DNA of 64,000 bases from positions 12,710,001 through 12,774,000 of the forward strand of contig OZ176051.1 of the NCBI GenBank assembly GCA_964247055.1. The letters are read 5' to 3'. The first letter of the stretch is position 1. Every line of letters starts with the position of its first letter. The notes beneath the pieces are model-generated. The model ran no database searches, had not been told where the DNA came from, and saw only the letters and a program-made list of their open reading frames with translations. Made by a program: the position numbers and the translations under genes. This stretch comes from Paragordius varius. Lineage: Eukaryota; Animalia; Nematomorpha. This document shows positions 24,001 to 40,408 of this stretch, piece by piece.

Positions 24001-24900
24001 AATGTCCGAACCGGTATCATAGATAAAGTCTTTTTTTAACCCGTTTATTACTAGTGTTATCAGTAAGGGAGTTAGCGCCTTATGACCCACGTTAACTTCC
24101 TTCAAAAATTGCCTATTGAAGTTGGTCTTTGTCTTTTGGCCACACACATTCTCGCAAAATGGTTTAGCTTTCCGCATTTGTTCCAGGATCGTCTCCAGGC
24201 TGGACACTTGTTGGGTGGGTGTGTGGTGCCGCAATATTTACATGTAGGTTTTATTATTGTTTGTCTATTGGATTTATTATGTTGTAACCGATTGATATTA
24301 TTATTGCTGTTACTGTATCGATTGCTATTATTACTATTATTGTTATTCTGTAATCCAGCCTCAGACTCATGTGCTAGTGCGAGATCTACGATTGTTTCTA
24401 GTGGAACTACCGTTTATCAAAGCATCTGGATACCTGGAAGGATATCCATCTCTAGTTGAGCCTGTCGCAGTCCTCTTACGAATGCATCACGAATACGTTG
24501 TTCTATGGCTTCAGTAAATTGAGCTTCTTCAGCTCCTATCTTGACACGCTCAAGCAATTGGGTAAAACTTTCACCCTCGTTGCGTACCAAACTATAAAAT
24601 TCAAAACGACTTTGGAATTTTGATTTTGTCGGGTTGAATATTTTTTTGCCTGTTTCCGTGATCTCCGCCCATGTGGCGTCTTTTATTTTTTTGGATAGGT
24701 GTTGGTTAATCTTTCGTACTATCATGAATCCGCCATATGCTAGTATCGTTGATTTAAGCGTTCTTTCGGTTACTGGAGTATCCTTTGCCTCGAGTACGTT
24801 GCTAATATACTCGAGGTACTCTTCAAATTTATTATTATCGATTTTTCTATGGCTAAATTCGCAATACTAGTATGAGGAGCTGTGGTGTTCATTGGTTCGT
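21009..24900 (-). pseudogene. Disrupted gag-pol (track ORFs 24417-24725, 23878-24234, 23231-23635, 22971-23276, 22355-23014, 21009-21947)
   Basis: Conserved retroelement motifs are split across several frames. Confidence 0.9.
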
Positions 24901-24916
24901 CTGCCATATCTTGTTT

Positions 24917-24925
24917 TGGCCACCA
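24917..24925 (-). promoter_or_regulatory. Primer-binding site TGGTGGCCA (tRNA-Ile-like)
   Basis: Lies 1 nt inside the 5' LTR on the - strand and starts with TGG. The tRNA identity is from recalled tRNA-Ile(AAU) 3' ends and was not searched. Confidence 0.6.
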
Positions 24926-24926
24926 A

Positions 24927-25020
24927 TAATAACTGGGGACGACAATGTAAAGGTAATGGTAAATAAATTTATTATATATTGTATATCACAAAAACAATGC
25001 TTTATATCATGATCTATCTA

Positions 25021-25061
<41 letters not shown>

Positions 25062-25296
25062 AAGATAATTAGGTTTAATGTATTCACATATATCAAGGTG
25101 AGATGTTTGCTTTTATCCAATTATCTCAAGGTATAATAATAATATTCACAAGTGGTGGGGAGGTTATAATAATATAATAATAGTACACAAATAAATTAAT
25201 AGGTTAATGTACTAATATATAACGGTTGTTTGTGTGGTTAATCTAATCGTGTAATAACAGGTCTATTCAAATTAGCCTGTCAGTTACACTCTAACA
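24927..25296 (-). repeat. 5' LTR (370 bp)
   Basis: Direct repeat of 20660-21008 with a longer TA/TCTA microsatellite. Confidence 0.95.
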
Positions 25297-26559
25297 CCTG
25301 TCAAGCATCCTTATAACCAACATTAACCTTTTTAAAAAGATGCATATTAACGCTTGGAATCATTTGTGTATACCTATTAGAGTGATCTAGGTTTGACGGA
25401 AAAATCGTTAAAATTATAAAACCATCCACTTATGTCATGCTGTCTACATTTTTCCTTTGTAAACTGCCACTCATAATTTGGTGCATACCTAATAATATTT
25501 TAAAATTTAAAAATTATTTAATTTTAAACAAGCGTGTCGTCAATTATCCTATTTTGAACCGAAGCACATTTATTGTCTCTTATTCAAAATACATGATATA
25601 TGCATAAATATTAAATGACAGAATTATTAAACAGCAATCCTAGCCCTTCCCGGATCTAAAAAATATATTAACCAACTTATTTTATTTTTTTTAATAAAAA
25701 AACAAAAAAATAAACTCCACTTTGTTACTATATTAATGAATCGAATAAAAAATAATCTTAACTCAATGTGAATATCATTGAGAAAATTATTGATTCTCCT
25801 CCAAATTGAAATTATATGGACAAACCGTAAAAATATAAGGACAAATATTTTTTTCTAAAATGCAACCATACTTTTCTATACCTTGATTTTTTTAAAAATA
25901 ACCCATTATTTTAATTCCAAATTTATAAATTGATATGTATATTGGTAACACAATCATTTACATATTTTACGATCGTTATTAAATGAGTTTAATAATATAA
26001 ATTAAGGTTAAAAAAAGTATACTAGTCTTTTGGAAAATAAAATTCCTTTATGTTTTTACGTTTTGTCCGTTTAATTTTTATTTTTATTGTAATATCTTAA
26101 ACGGATATTAAACTATCACAAAATTGGGTCCTTTTTTACGCGGGAATCTAAATTTTTATAAATTAAGGTGAATAATTTAGGGCTATACGGCACTTTTAGG
26201 GTCACGGTTGGATTATTACTGATTTACTCTTAGCTGTTATGATGTAACATATAACCGAGTTTGGAAATGGAAATTTTCGACAACTGTTTTGATAAGTTTG
26301 AAATTATTTCTATGTTCTAAAGTATTAAAATTAACATGAGTTTTTATAGGCCCTGTTTGTAGAATGAATGGTAAGGAGATTAAGAAAAATAAAATGCCTA
26401 ATTCATATTTCTATTGAGTTTTATAAAGGTTTTACTCTTAAAAGCGCATATTAGAGCTCGTGAAAGCTATCTTTCACACCTTTTGGAGAGGGGGGCGAAT
26501 TCGAGGAAGTGATTTGAGATTTAATTTTAATTTCTACTCCCGCACACCATATATAATTA

Positions 26560-26845
26560 CAGTGAAAATTAAAATTATACGGACAAACATAAAATTTTTA
26601 AAACAATTTTTTTTTAAAAAACAATCATACTTTTTAAAATTTGATTCATTTAAATAAAACTCATCCTTAAAAGAGTATGCAATAGAGATGTAGTTGGTAT
26701 AATACAATTAATTACATATTTTACAATTTTAACTAAATAGTATTTATATAGTGAAAATTAAATTTTTAAACAGTATGATTGTCTTTTGAAAAAAATATTG
26801 TCTCGATATTTTTACTTTTTGTCCGTATAATTTCGATTTTTACGG
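26560..26845. mobile_element. CAGTAAAAATTG-type MITE (another eroded copy at ~25803-26092)
   Basis: TA|CAGTGAAAATTAAAATTATACGGACAAAC...TTTTGTCCGTATAATTTCGATTTTTACGG|TA. Confidence 0.75.
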
Positions 26846-27049
26846 TATTTTCAAGTTGAATGGAACTATCTTTATAACATTATCTAAGAAACTAGCTTAA
26901 AACTGTGAACAAGAAGCAAAATGCTAATTCTGTTTACAGGATTGAATATGAGGAAGGGAACAACAAGTAAATATTGGTGTTATATAGCTCCAATTAAAAT
27001 ATCTAATTTAATGGCTATGAATTTTATTTTTTCATTTATATCTCAAAAT

Positions 27050-30000
27050 TATTACTTATAACAATTCTTATTACTTATAACAATTATTATAATTATCATT
27101 GTTATCTATTTATTTTCCAAGTTTATTCTATCTTTTATCAGTTTTTCTCATTCATTCAAAAATGCACGAAATTACCTTAGTATTCCAATTCAATAGGATT
27201 CGTATTTTATTTTATTTCATTTTTACTAATTGATATATATTTATGTATTTCTTTTTTAATTATTATTATTATTATATTTTTGGTTAAAATTTTTGATTCT
27301 TTTTTAGATTATTATTATTATTATATTTTTGGTTAAAAATTTTTTTTTGATTCTTTTTTGTTGCTTTACATATTAGTTACTATATATCTTAGTGTTTATT
27401 ATCTATATTATTCTTCTTTATTGTATTTTTGTTTTTTATGAGTGTTTTTTGTAAGGCGTGCAGGCCCCCGGCCAGTCGCTGCACAGAAGTAGGGGCCAAT
27501 AGGGATAAGGAAGGTTGTAGAATGTGTTTTGCCAGTATAAATGTTGGTTCGTTAAAAAGTAAGTTATATGATTTAGTTGAAACTATGAGGGTAAAAAAAG
27601 TAAATTTTTTGTGCATTCAGGAGACCAGATACCGTGGAAATGGTACTAAGACGTTAGAGGGTAATTATAAAATGTTTTATTCAGGTTCTACGGATGGTTA
27701 CTCTGGGGTTGCCATAATAGTGTGCCCAAGATTTGCCAATCAAGTAATTGAGGTTAGACGTGCTGACAGTAGAATCATAAGTGTCGACCTATTGTTAAAT
27801 AAGAGGGTTTTTACTATCTTTAGCGTTTATGCCCCCCAGATAGGTTTAACTAAACCGGAGAAAGATAAATTCTATGATTTGTTAGACGCAGAAATGACTT
27901 CATTAACGAAAGACAGAGAAATTATATTTTGTGGTGATTTCAACGGGCACGTGGGACAAAATAGGAGAGGTTTTGAGCCTTGGCACGGCGGAAAAGGTTA
28001 TGGGGTTATAAATGAAGAAGGAGCTAGTTTATTAAGATTTGCCCAATCTTATAACTTTGCTACAACAAATACTTTTTTTACGAAAAGGGATAGCCACTTA
28101 ATTACCTACGAAAGTGGAAATAAGAAGTCACAAATTGATTATATTCTAGTGCCACGAAAGTCTTTAAAGTTTGTTTTGGACTGCAAAGTGATACCTAACT
28201 TGCAGATTAGCACACAACACAATTTAATTATGTGTAAATATATGACAGATATACCAATAAATGCCAAAAAGCCTAAGCTTATAGCGCCGAAGGTAATTAA
28301 ATGGGATTCTCTAAGAAACAGTAAAGAAAGATTTGTAGAAACGGTAGGCATACTAGACAGGAACAGTGATCCAGAAAGTGTTTGATCTCAGGTGGCAAAA
28401 AAAATAAGAGAGGCGGGAGTTAAGGTGTGCGGAATGAAAGGTGGCAGAAATCAGGTTTATAGAGAGGCATGGCTGAAAGACGAAAAAATAATTCTGAAAT
28501 CGCGAGAGAAAAGAAAAGCTTTTAAAATGTGGAGGTTTACCCACCAAGCAGAAGACAAGGAAAAATATAAAAGGATTAATAAGGAACTTAAAAGGCTTGT
28601 AAGATTGGTCAAAAAAGAAAAGACGGCATCATTATATGAAGAGTTGAACAGTAAGCAAGGTCTAAACAAAGTTTTTAAAATTGCTCGACAAAGACACAGA
28701 AGAAAGCTGGACTTGCCCCCTTACGCGACAGCTATTAAAGATAAAGGCAAATTACTCGTTGAGGAAGCGAAAATATTGAAAAGGTGGAAAGAATATTTCC
28801 AGGATCTTGAATTGGGCGTCAGTGAAACAAGTTTACCCGAAACACCAGATTATAAATCTGCGCATATTGAAAGTATAACAAAAGAAGAAGTCCAGGCTGG
28901 TTTAGAAGAGATGTCAATAAATAAGGCTGCAGGTCCAGACGATATTAACATAAACTGTTGGAAAATATTGTCAGAGAAAGGTATTGAATTTTTAGCGGAT
29001 ATTTTTAATAATGTAGTTACTACAGGTATGATACCAACCGAATGGAAGGAGAGTTTCACTGTTCCCATTTTCAAGGGTAAAGGAGATATTAATGATTGTA
29101 ATAATTACAGAGGGCTAAGATTGATGTCGCATACAATGAAGTTATTTGAGAAAGTACTAGAGAAAAGAATAAGAAAAATGGTTAGTATAGAGGGTAATCA
29201 ATTTGGTTTTATTCCAGGAAAATCCACCATTGATCCAATTCACGCAGTAAGAAGGCTAATCAAGAAGCATATAGAAATGAAAAAGGAGTTGCATGGTATT
29301 TGTATTGATATTGAAAAGGCATTTGACAGAATACCTCGGAGCACAATATGGTGGAGCTTAAGACGGAAAAAGGTCCCTGAAAGTTACATAAAGATTTTAA
29401 AAAGCATGTACGAATCACACCAAACCAAAATTAAAACACACCAGGAAATATCAGGTCCTATTAAAATAAACGAAGGGGTCTATCAGGGGTCTGCAAGCAG
29501 CCCGTTATTATTTATAATATGCATGGACGAAATTTCAAAAGAAGTAGGACAACATGATGGCTGGTATTTTCTTTATGCAGACGACATAAAAGTGCTGTCC
29601 GACGAGTTGCATGAATTAAAAGAATCTGTGGGTAAATGGATTGATGTGTTACGACGATGCGGATTAAAAGTTAACAAAAAGAAAACGGAACTGATAAATT
29701 TTGGCGGGAAAAAACGAGAAATAGAATTAGAAGAAGGGTGGGTATTAAAAGGCCAGGAAGAATGCAAATATTTAGGAACGATATTAGCAGCTGATGGATC
29801 TTTAACACTTGATATTAATTTAAGAATTCGAAATAGTTGGGCAAATTACAAAAAGATCTCAAGTGTTTTGTGCGACAAAAATATTGACTTAAAAGTAAAG
29901 GGTAAGATTTACAGTGCTGTTGTACAACCAACAATGATGTACAACTCACAGACATGGGCAATAAAGAAATCAGAAGAGAGGTACTTTGAGGTTACTGAAA

Positions 30001-30361
30001 TGAGAATGCTTAGATTGATGTGCGGTGTAACGAGGAATGACAAGGTGAAGAATGTCTACATAAGAGGAGGCACGGAAATCAAATCGGTAACGCAAAAAAT
30101 GATGGTAAATCGTTTAAGATGGTTTGGACATGTGGAAAGAAGAGATAAAAATTACATTGGTAAAAAGATTGATGATTATATTGTAAAAGGCAAGAGGGGA
30201 AAAGGGCGCCCTAAAACGCGATGGATAGATACAGTTAAGAGGGACATGGCAAAACTGAACCTAAAACGCGAAGACGCCTTAGACAGGGTTCTATGGCGAA
30301 ATAGTTTACGGATATGACCGCTCGAAAGAGTGATATCATATAATGTAATTATTATTATTAT
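27050..30361 (+). mobile_element. Near full-length RTE-clade LINE (~3.3 kb)
   Basis: APE-RT ORF; (ATT)n tail at ~30346-30362; candidate 11-bp TSD TATCTCAAAAT at 27039-27049 and 30362-30372. The 5' boundary is less certain than the 3'. Confidence 0.8.
27438..30317 (+). pseudogene. RTE endonuclease + reverse transcriptase ORF with one in-frame TGA (28383-28385)
   Basis: EN motifs: LCIQET, VYAPQ, GDFNGHVG, QIDYILV. RT motifs: QFGF..GKST, DIEKAFD, YADD. RTE C-terminus LRWFGHVERR..GRPKTRW. Track ORFs 27429-28385 and 28392-30317 are in the same frame. Confidence 0.93.
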
Positions 30362-31744
30362 TATCTCAAAATAATATCAAAGCTTGAATAAATGGAAATT
30401 CTAGTATATTTACAACAATATTTTTTAATATAACATTATGGCTTTGCATAAAAAATTAAGGTTAAGCCAATTTTATTTTGCCAATCATTTAGTGTGTCAT
30501 TTGATCCGTCTAACAAGTCGGTGAGTAAAAATCCGCTCGGTAGAATTTTGGATTTTTCTCATCACATCACATAGAATCGAATTATCCAGACAGAATGACA
30601 CAAATATTAAACCTGAGGTAAAATTTAAATAAAATTTAAACATTATCATCAAATAAATATGATAATCGAATTTTCGTATAAAAAAGATGAAACCTTATGC
30701 TTGATAATTATTTGCAAAAAACACATCATATATCTGAAAGTGATATTTTGGGTTCTTGATCTTATTAACGCTTTTACAATGTTTCGTCGAAATATACTAC
30801 ATGTAGTTTACTTAATGTAAATTCTAAATATTTCAAATGTAACATTAATAAATTATAAAACAAACTGTTATGACAATGATAAAATATTGTCATTTTAAAT
30901 ACGGTGGGTGGTTATATATAATTCTTTCAGACTCAATATTTTTACTCATAGTTGCTTTAGCTATCGGGGTTATTTTGAACCCCAGCGCGAGTTCAACTAA
31001 AATCTTGCATTCAGCTTTCTAAGGAATGAATCAAAATTTTCTTATAAAATATAATTGTAAAAATCCTCATCCCAGTCTTTTTAGCCGCCTTTTTTTTATT
31101 TTTATAAAAAGCCATAGCAAATGTATCTATATTATGGTTTTAAATTAACTTCAAAACTTTCAAGGACAGTTTACCAGCAGATTTTAAATAATAATTTATT
31201 TTATGATCAGCTGTTTGTTTCAAGGGTTTCAAAACAAGCTTGTTTGAGAATCGTAACTCATTATTATATCATAAATCTCAATTTCGGACTCTATAAGTTA
31301 TTATACGCTTTTATTTTAAGAATGATAGTAGAAAGTAAACCAGAACAAATCTACCCAAAAACGATAGTCAAAAAATGAAAGGATAGAAAAAAATTGCCGC
31401 AATAAATATGATATATTTTTCAAATAGAATTAATTGTGTCCACAAACAGTGTCATTGACATCGTTTGGACAGAGTTAAGACAGTTAATTAAAAGATATAT
31501 TTTAATCATCTCTTCAATACTGATTAATATTTGGTAAATTTAAAGTACACTATCCAAAGTTTTTATAATCATATTTGAAATCTTTTAACGATAATCGCTA
31601 TAAAACTGAATTTTTATGGATAAACGCTAAATTTGGTTAAGATTCTCGCATTTATAAATGATGCCAGGATAATTGAAATTCTGTAAGTTTTTACCGGGTT
31701 TTTTAGCAAAATACTTATTTATGAAAAGGTATCTTTTATTTAAT

Positions 31745-32160
31745 TTTTGAAAAGATTTTCCATCAACATCCACTATTTCGCCCATCTCTCAGATAATATT
31801 AAAATGCCATATGAGAGAAACTGATTATCTTTTCCGCAAAACATTCGTCAATTTTAGCTTAGGATCTCCAAAATAAGCAAATCATCGCCCGTCCGAATCT
31901 GATGCAAAAAAATTTTATCGCGACGTTGAAGCGGGATTTTACAACTCACGTTGCGATTTTCGATTTGTAGTTCATATAAATGTGAGGGACCTTTTTAGTG
32001 ATTTAATCAGTTTTTCTAGTATCGTAAAAGTTTACTGATTGCTATTAGTAATACATTGCGTCTGCCAATTTCAGTTTGAGTTGAGTCATCATCTTGTAAT
32101 TCAGGCATTTTGTTATAGCTCTGTGGTCTACTAGAGCGCCCCTTTTTCAAATAAAAATCA
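31745..32160 (-). pseudogene. Internally deleted mariner (Mos1-like) transposase remnant
   Basis: Across frameshifts the - strand gives GRSSRP...VPH..E.QIENR.VSC.I.LQRR..HQIRTGDE, followed almost directly by the C-terminal DECFAEK..GIL.LSERWAKIVDVDGK. Confidence 0.7.
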
Positions 32161-33288
32161 TGATTAACTTCATTTTCACAACTCTATGCTATTAATTAAC
32201 TTGAGAAAGCTTTCAAGTTACACTTTACCTCAATTTTTTTATGTTTTTTAAGATGTTTGTTACAAGATCTGGATCTTTCTTAATTTCGGACTCTAGAAGT
32301 TAAAAGGTCTAAAATTTATATGTTCTTTATCTAATACAGTAGAAGAGTGTTCATAAAATTTTTAACAAAGATATTAAAACAGTAATTTGTTTACTTTTTA
32401 TGTGTTAAAAACACTATTAAAGAATAAGCCATATTTATAATTTTTTGAGTGTTTTACGATGATTTTTTCTTAACGCTGTACAGCCTATATACACAGTTTC
32501 CACAAAAATAATGTCAAAATATTATATTTTGATAGAAAATGTTACAGGATTATCATGGTACTATTAGTTTTGGCCTTTACGATTAATTAAGGAAAGTTAA
32601 AATAGACTTTTATAGTAAGAGCTCCTACACAAAAAACCGCAAACTTTGGGCATTTTTAATAACTTTTTTGGTGAAGTTAAATGCTTCATTATAAAAAAAT
32701 CACTTATGAATTTTATAAAAGCCGAAAATATTTATTTGAAATTTTATAGATGTGGGCTTAAGTTGCTCTTCTAAAATGGCCTAATCCTTTTAAAATTAAC
32801 CCAACGCCGAGATTGTGTGAAAATTTTAAATATATGCAAATTTTGACATCAAAGAGAATTTTTCCGAAAAAAGGAATGTTTCGTATATTTGAAATTTGTG
32901 TAAAAGTTGTTGTTTTGTATTAATATGGAAACGTAACAAAAAAGATTATATATAAACACGTTTATTTCAGAATTTTAATTTTAAGATTTTTGCTTTCGAA
33001 TTTGGTAAAATCCGGTTATAAAAAGCAATTTTTCATTTATTATAGCTTTACGAAAGAATTAATCGTAATCTGAGGTGATAGAAATGTCCATTAGTAAATT
33101 ATTTAAAAAAATGCAATATCTTATTGAATTTTCCCGTTTTCATCATGCCTATATGAAGTACGCTTTAAACAAAGTATGCATGAAAAATATTTTTATGCCA
33201 TTATCTATGTAATTTGTCCATTTTAAAAGGGAGAAAATATTTAGGACTTTTGGAGCCCACATCTAAATATTAAAATTTTATAAAAATA

Positions 33289-33915
33289 CTAGCTGGCCCT
33301 GTCACGCTTCGCTATGAAGTAGTCTCATTCTTAATAATTCGCAATAAATAGAGGTAAGAATAATAATAAATATATTTAATAAATTTTTTTTATTCTTTTA
33401 CGGGTTTTTGCATAGCCTTAAATATTGTTTACTCGAAATCCATATTTAAACTGTCCCTTATTAAAGTTATTATTTAACTATCATTGGTTTTATTTGAAGA
33501 TTTTCGTTTTACGAAATTATGGTTAAAAGTATTATTTTGAAATTGTGTTCACACAGCTGGGATCAATAAAAAGTAAATCATTTATGGTCCTTTTTTAAAG
33601 AAAAGAATGATATCATACGAATTCCCAGAAATGTGTTTAACTGAACTCTTATGGCTTCTAGGTTATTTGAAAATTCAAAACCATACCCTTTTTTTTATGG
33701 CGTCCCAGTTTTAAACCGGTAGACCCCTACCCATAGACCTATATGGAAAAAGCGCTGAGTTGAATAAAGTATACTTATTTAGCCCGCTAGGCGCTTTATA
33801 CAACAAAAGTTTTTTAAAATTGATAAATTTTTAAAAAACCCTGATTTCAAACTTTTTTGCCGCCATTTTTTTCTAAGAATTTTTTAAATCGCCATAAATA
33901 AATATATATTATAGA
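33289..33915 (-). mobile_element. 627-bp non-autonomous Helitron (family B 3' end, different 5' end)
   Basis: The - strand ends AGCGAAGCGTGACAGGGCCAG-CTAG|T (CTAG 33289-33292). 33289-33630 is homologous to ~3975-4347. Putative head A|TCTATAATATATA at 33915. Confidence 0.7.
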
Positions 33916-34348
33916 TAGAAATGTAAATTATTATCTTTAAAAAGCTTCAGATTACATTTTAACTGCCAATGTCCCATTTTAGACTCTAGAAGTCACAAGC
34001 GTAAAAAATTTAAGCTCTATATGTAATGCATGATCACGAGTTTTAAAATCTAAAATTAACTCTTAAAAGAGTTGTTAATTTACAAAATGGAGCTTTGGGA
34101 TATAAAATTACCTCAAAAGATAAAAAAAATAGTGAGGCGATGAGTATTAATCGGAAAACGTTATAAATTTTTTAAAATATAAAATTTTTTTAGAAACACT
34201 TCTATGGATATATAATTTGGTTGCGCTATTTTATAATGTATCGAATTCCTATATTTATAATGATAAAAATTAAATAATTTAATTTTATTATCATGTCATA
34301 ACTTAGGGTGACTTTCACATGTTTTGTTATTAGTTAGTACTGATACTG

Positions 34349-37791
<3,443 letters not shown>

Positions 37792-39349
37792 TAATATGCC
37801 ACACATAATATCTTTGAAACTTCGTATAAAAAACAATATAACTTGGGATTGTGAAAGGTGTAAAATTATTTAGGGTATCATAAACAGCCTAAGTTATATA
37901 AATCTTTTTAAAAAAATTATTGTAAATTATGTGGACAATTATATTTTTTTGTTTTTTTTCTAATTCAATTTATCCACTTTGAATCCAAGTTAAAAAAATA
38001 TATAACTCCGATATATACATAAATGCGTTTCATCTTGATTTCTCAATTAAATTAAATGACCAATATATCCAATACCATAGCTGTTTTCTGTATCACTAAT
38101 TGTGTCATAATGGTCTCCGCAAAATATAATTTATAAGATTATTCTAGTATTTATTATATTCACTTGACAAATAATTCAAATTATTTTTGGCTATTACATA
38201 TTTAGTAAATTCCTAGATTATTCAAAGCACTTTATCTGTATATTTTGTAAATTATATGTGCCTATATATAAAAAATTATCTGTGTTTTTATTGTTATATC
38301 AATTATTGCCTTATAGCAATTATAATAATAAAATAGTGCCTTATGAATACATTTAACCAAATTTATTTAGTGTGCAAATAATGAGTAAATCAAATTTTAT
38401 AATTTACACTCATCTGGATAACAAAACGACTAAAATAAATTTAGGAAGAATGAAAATTAACATAAAACATTTCAAAAGAAATATGTTTTTTGAAAAATGC
38501 CCAAAAAAATGAAATCGATATAATCAATCAATTACTGGTAAGAAAATTTTCTTAATCAAAAAAGTCAACCTATAGTTGTTTTTTGCATCGAATAAGAAAA
38601 ATACTTGTAATATATGCATTGGACGTTTTTAAAAATTGTACGCTATTTTTGGTCCAAATTATCAAAAAATTCGTTTATTATATGAGGCTTAAATATCTTA
38701 TATTTGCTAAACTAAAATATATAGTATGTTAGTTAAAATTAAAAAATGCATAATAACAGTTTATTTGATTTATATTTCAGGTCAAAGTGTGATTATTCCA
38801 GGTCTTTTAAGAACCTTAAATAAATCTTTATCCTATTTTCCATATAGGATTATCTTTATGGTACATAGTAACGAATAAAATTTTGTGTACATTTTTTTCT
38901 ATTGTATAGTTACTCGACTAATGTTCGACAAAATTTTATTTGATTATTAATTAAAAAATTAAAAAAGATTTTAACATTAACCGCATTTATTATTCGATCT
39001 TCATTATCCTAGAGTTATCAAGGAAATGATAACACTCTGTACAAAATCAAGGATAGCAGTATGTCCATATCAAACAAATTTTTGCACATTATGGTAAATA
39101 ATATTTTTTGAATAAGGTTAAATGCTTCATGAAAAAAATGATTAACATATTCTCTAAATGATGTAATCGTCGTAAAATAACGTAAAAATAAAATATAATT
39201 TATTGGTTCTCATATTTTCATCATGTACATGATCAGGATATACAGTTTAGAAAAATATAAAAACCACAAAGAAACCGTTATACTAAAAAAACAGATGTTC
39301 TTAATTAATCATAATGCACATTCAAGTAAATAAAACAACAAATAAGCAT

Positions 39350-40300
39350 TAAACAAAATAAAACTATTAAAAATTCAATTATATTTAAACTGTACAACGA
39401 GTTATGATAGAAAATGTGATATTTATAATAAATGATTTGGTCTGGTTGATGTTCATTTCTTCCATCTTTTGAACTCTGTATAAAGAGCGCTTCTTTTGTT
39501 AACCTTGACCCGATGGCTAAAATTTCAATTGTTTTTGAGCACTCATTATTGTTATCCAGCAATGCAGAAACATTGCCGAATTTTCTTTGATTCCTTAAAT
39601 CTTACTTTATTATTTCGATTGGTGTACATTACTGGGCAATTCTTGCATTTTGACTTATACATCATATTTTTTATTTCTGTAACCTAAGAATTTAACATCT
39701 CAATTAACAACAGTTTATAAACCACACAATAGATGCTTAAAAAGTAATAAAATTTATATATATTTTCAGATTTAGTGCAAAAGAACCATTTGTCCCGTTT
39801 TAAATGGGTTTTATATCGCATTGCATAATGTATGCTATTTGACCACAAAAAAAGTTTTTTAAATGAATATTTTGTTTGAAAATTTCATTTATATAGAATT
39901 GATAAATCAGATTGTATCTTGAAAAAGGTGAAAACATCAAAAAATGTGAAGATATTATAAAAACACTTTTTAATATAATTCAATTATCTGAATATTTCTA
40001 CATTCTTCGATTTAAAAATACGTTTGAGTTGAATTTATTAAACATAATATATAACTTACGCTTCACCAAAATATTTTTGCAAATTTAATTAATTAAAAAT
40101 TGTCGCTAATAGGATATAATGATTGAAGCCTTTAATTTTACCTAAAATATATTTTATTTAACAAGAGCATAATGCCATTTTCTGATATGGAGCAGTACAA
40201 AAGAGCAAAAGAAGACCCCCTCCCATACCAAAGATAAGAGCCTAAAATTAACTCTACATTTGACCCGACATAGACCTTTGACATTACTTTCCGGAGTAAT
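39350..40300 (-). pseudogene. Highly decayed Penelope-like element (GIY-YIG endonuclease and traces of RT)
   Basis: The - strand has KNMMYKSKCKNC..Y.. followed by KTIEILAIGSRLTKEALFIQ, resembling the Penelope GIY-YIG C-terminal pattern. RT traces upstream are weak. Confidence 0.45.
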
Positions 40301-40369
40301 CAAACCCTGTTCGGTTATTTAAACTCAAATATTGCTTTTACCTACTTAACAAGGCGAAATTAACATTTC

Positions 40370-40408
<39 letters not shown>

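Larger units (their letters stand above)
20660..25296 (-). mobile_element. Full-length but degenerate Ty3/Gypsy LTR retrotransposon (Mag/K02A2.6-like)
   Basis: Two LTRs; 5-bp TSD CCTGT (20655-20659, 25297-25301). Order on - strand: gag, PR (FIYDTGSD), RT (WATP..LRICSDFR..KIDLKDAY..YLDD), RNaseH (TDAS), IN (HIDIAGP..SDN..YHPKSNGMVER). Multiple frameshifts and stops. Confidence 0.95.

Noticed and set aside
28383-28385. Possible TGA=Trp recoding suggested by in-frame TGAs here and at 6021-6023
   Set aside because: Host exons use TGG for Trp, and the LINE ORF itself ends in TGA at the expected place. TGG>TGA decay explains it.
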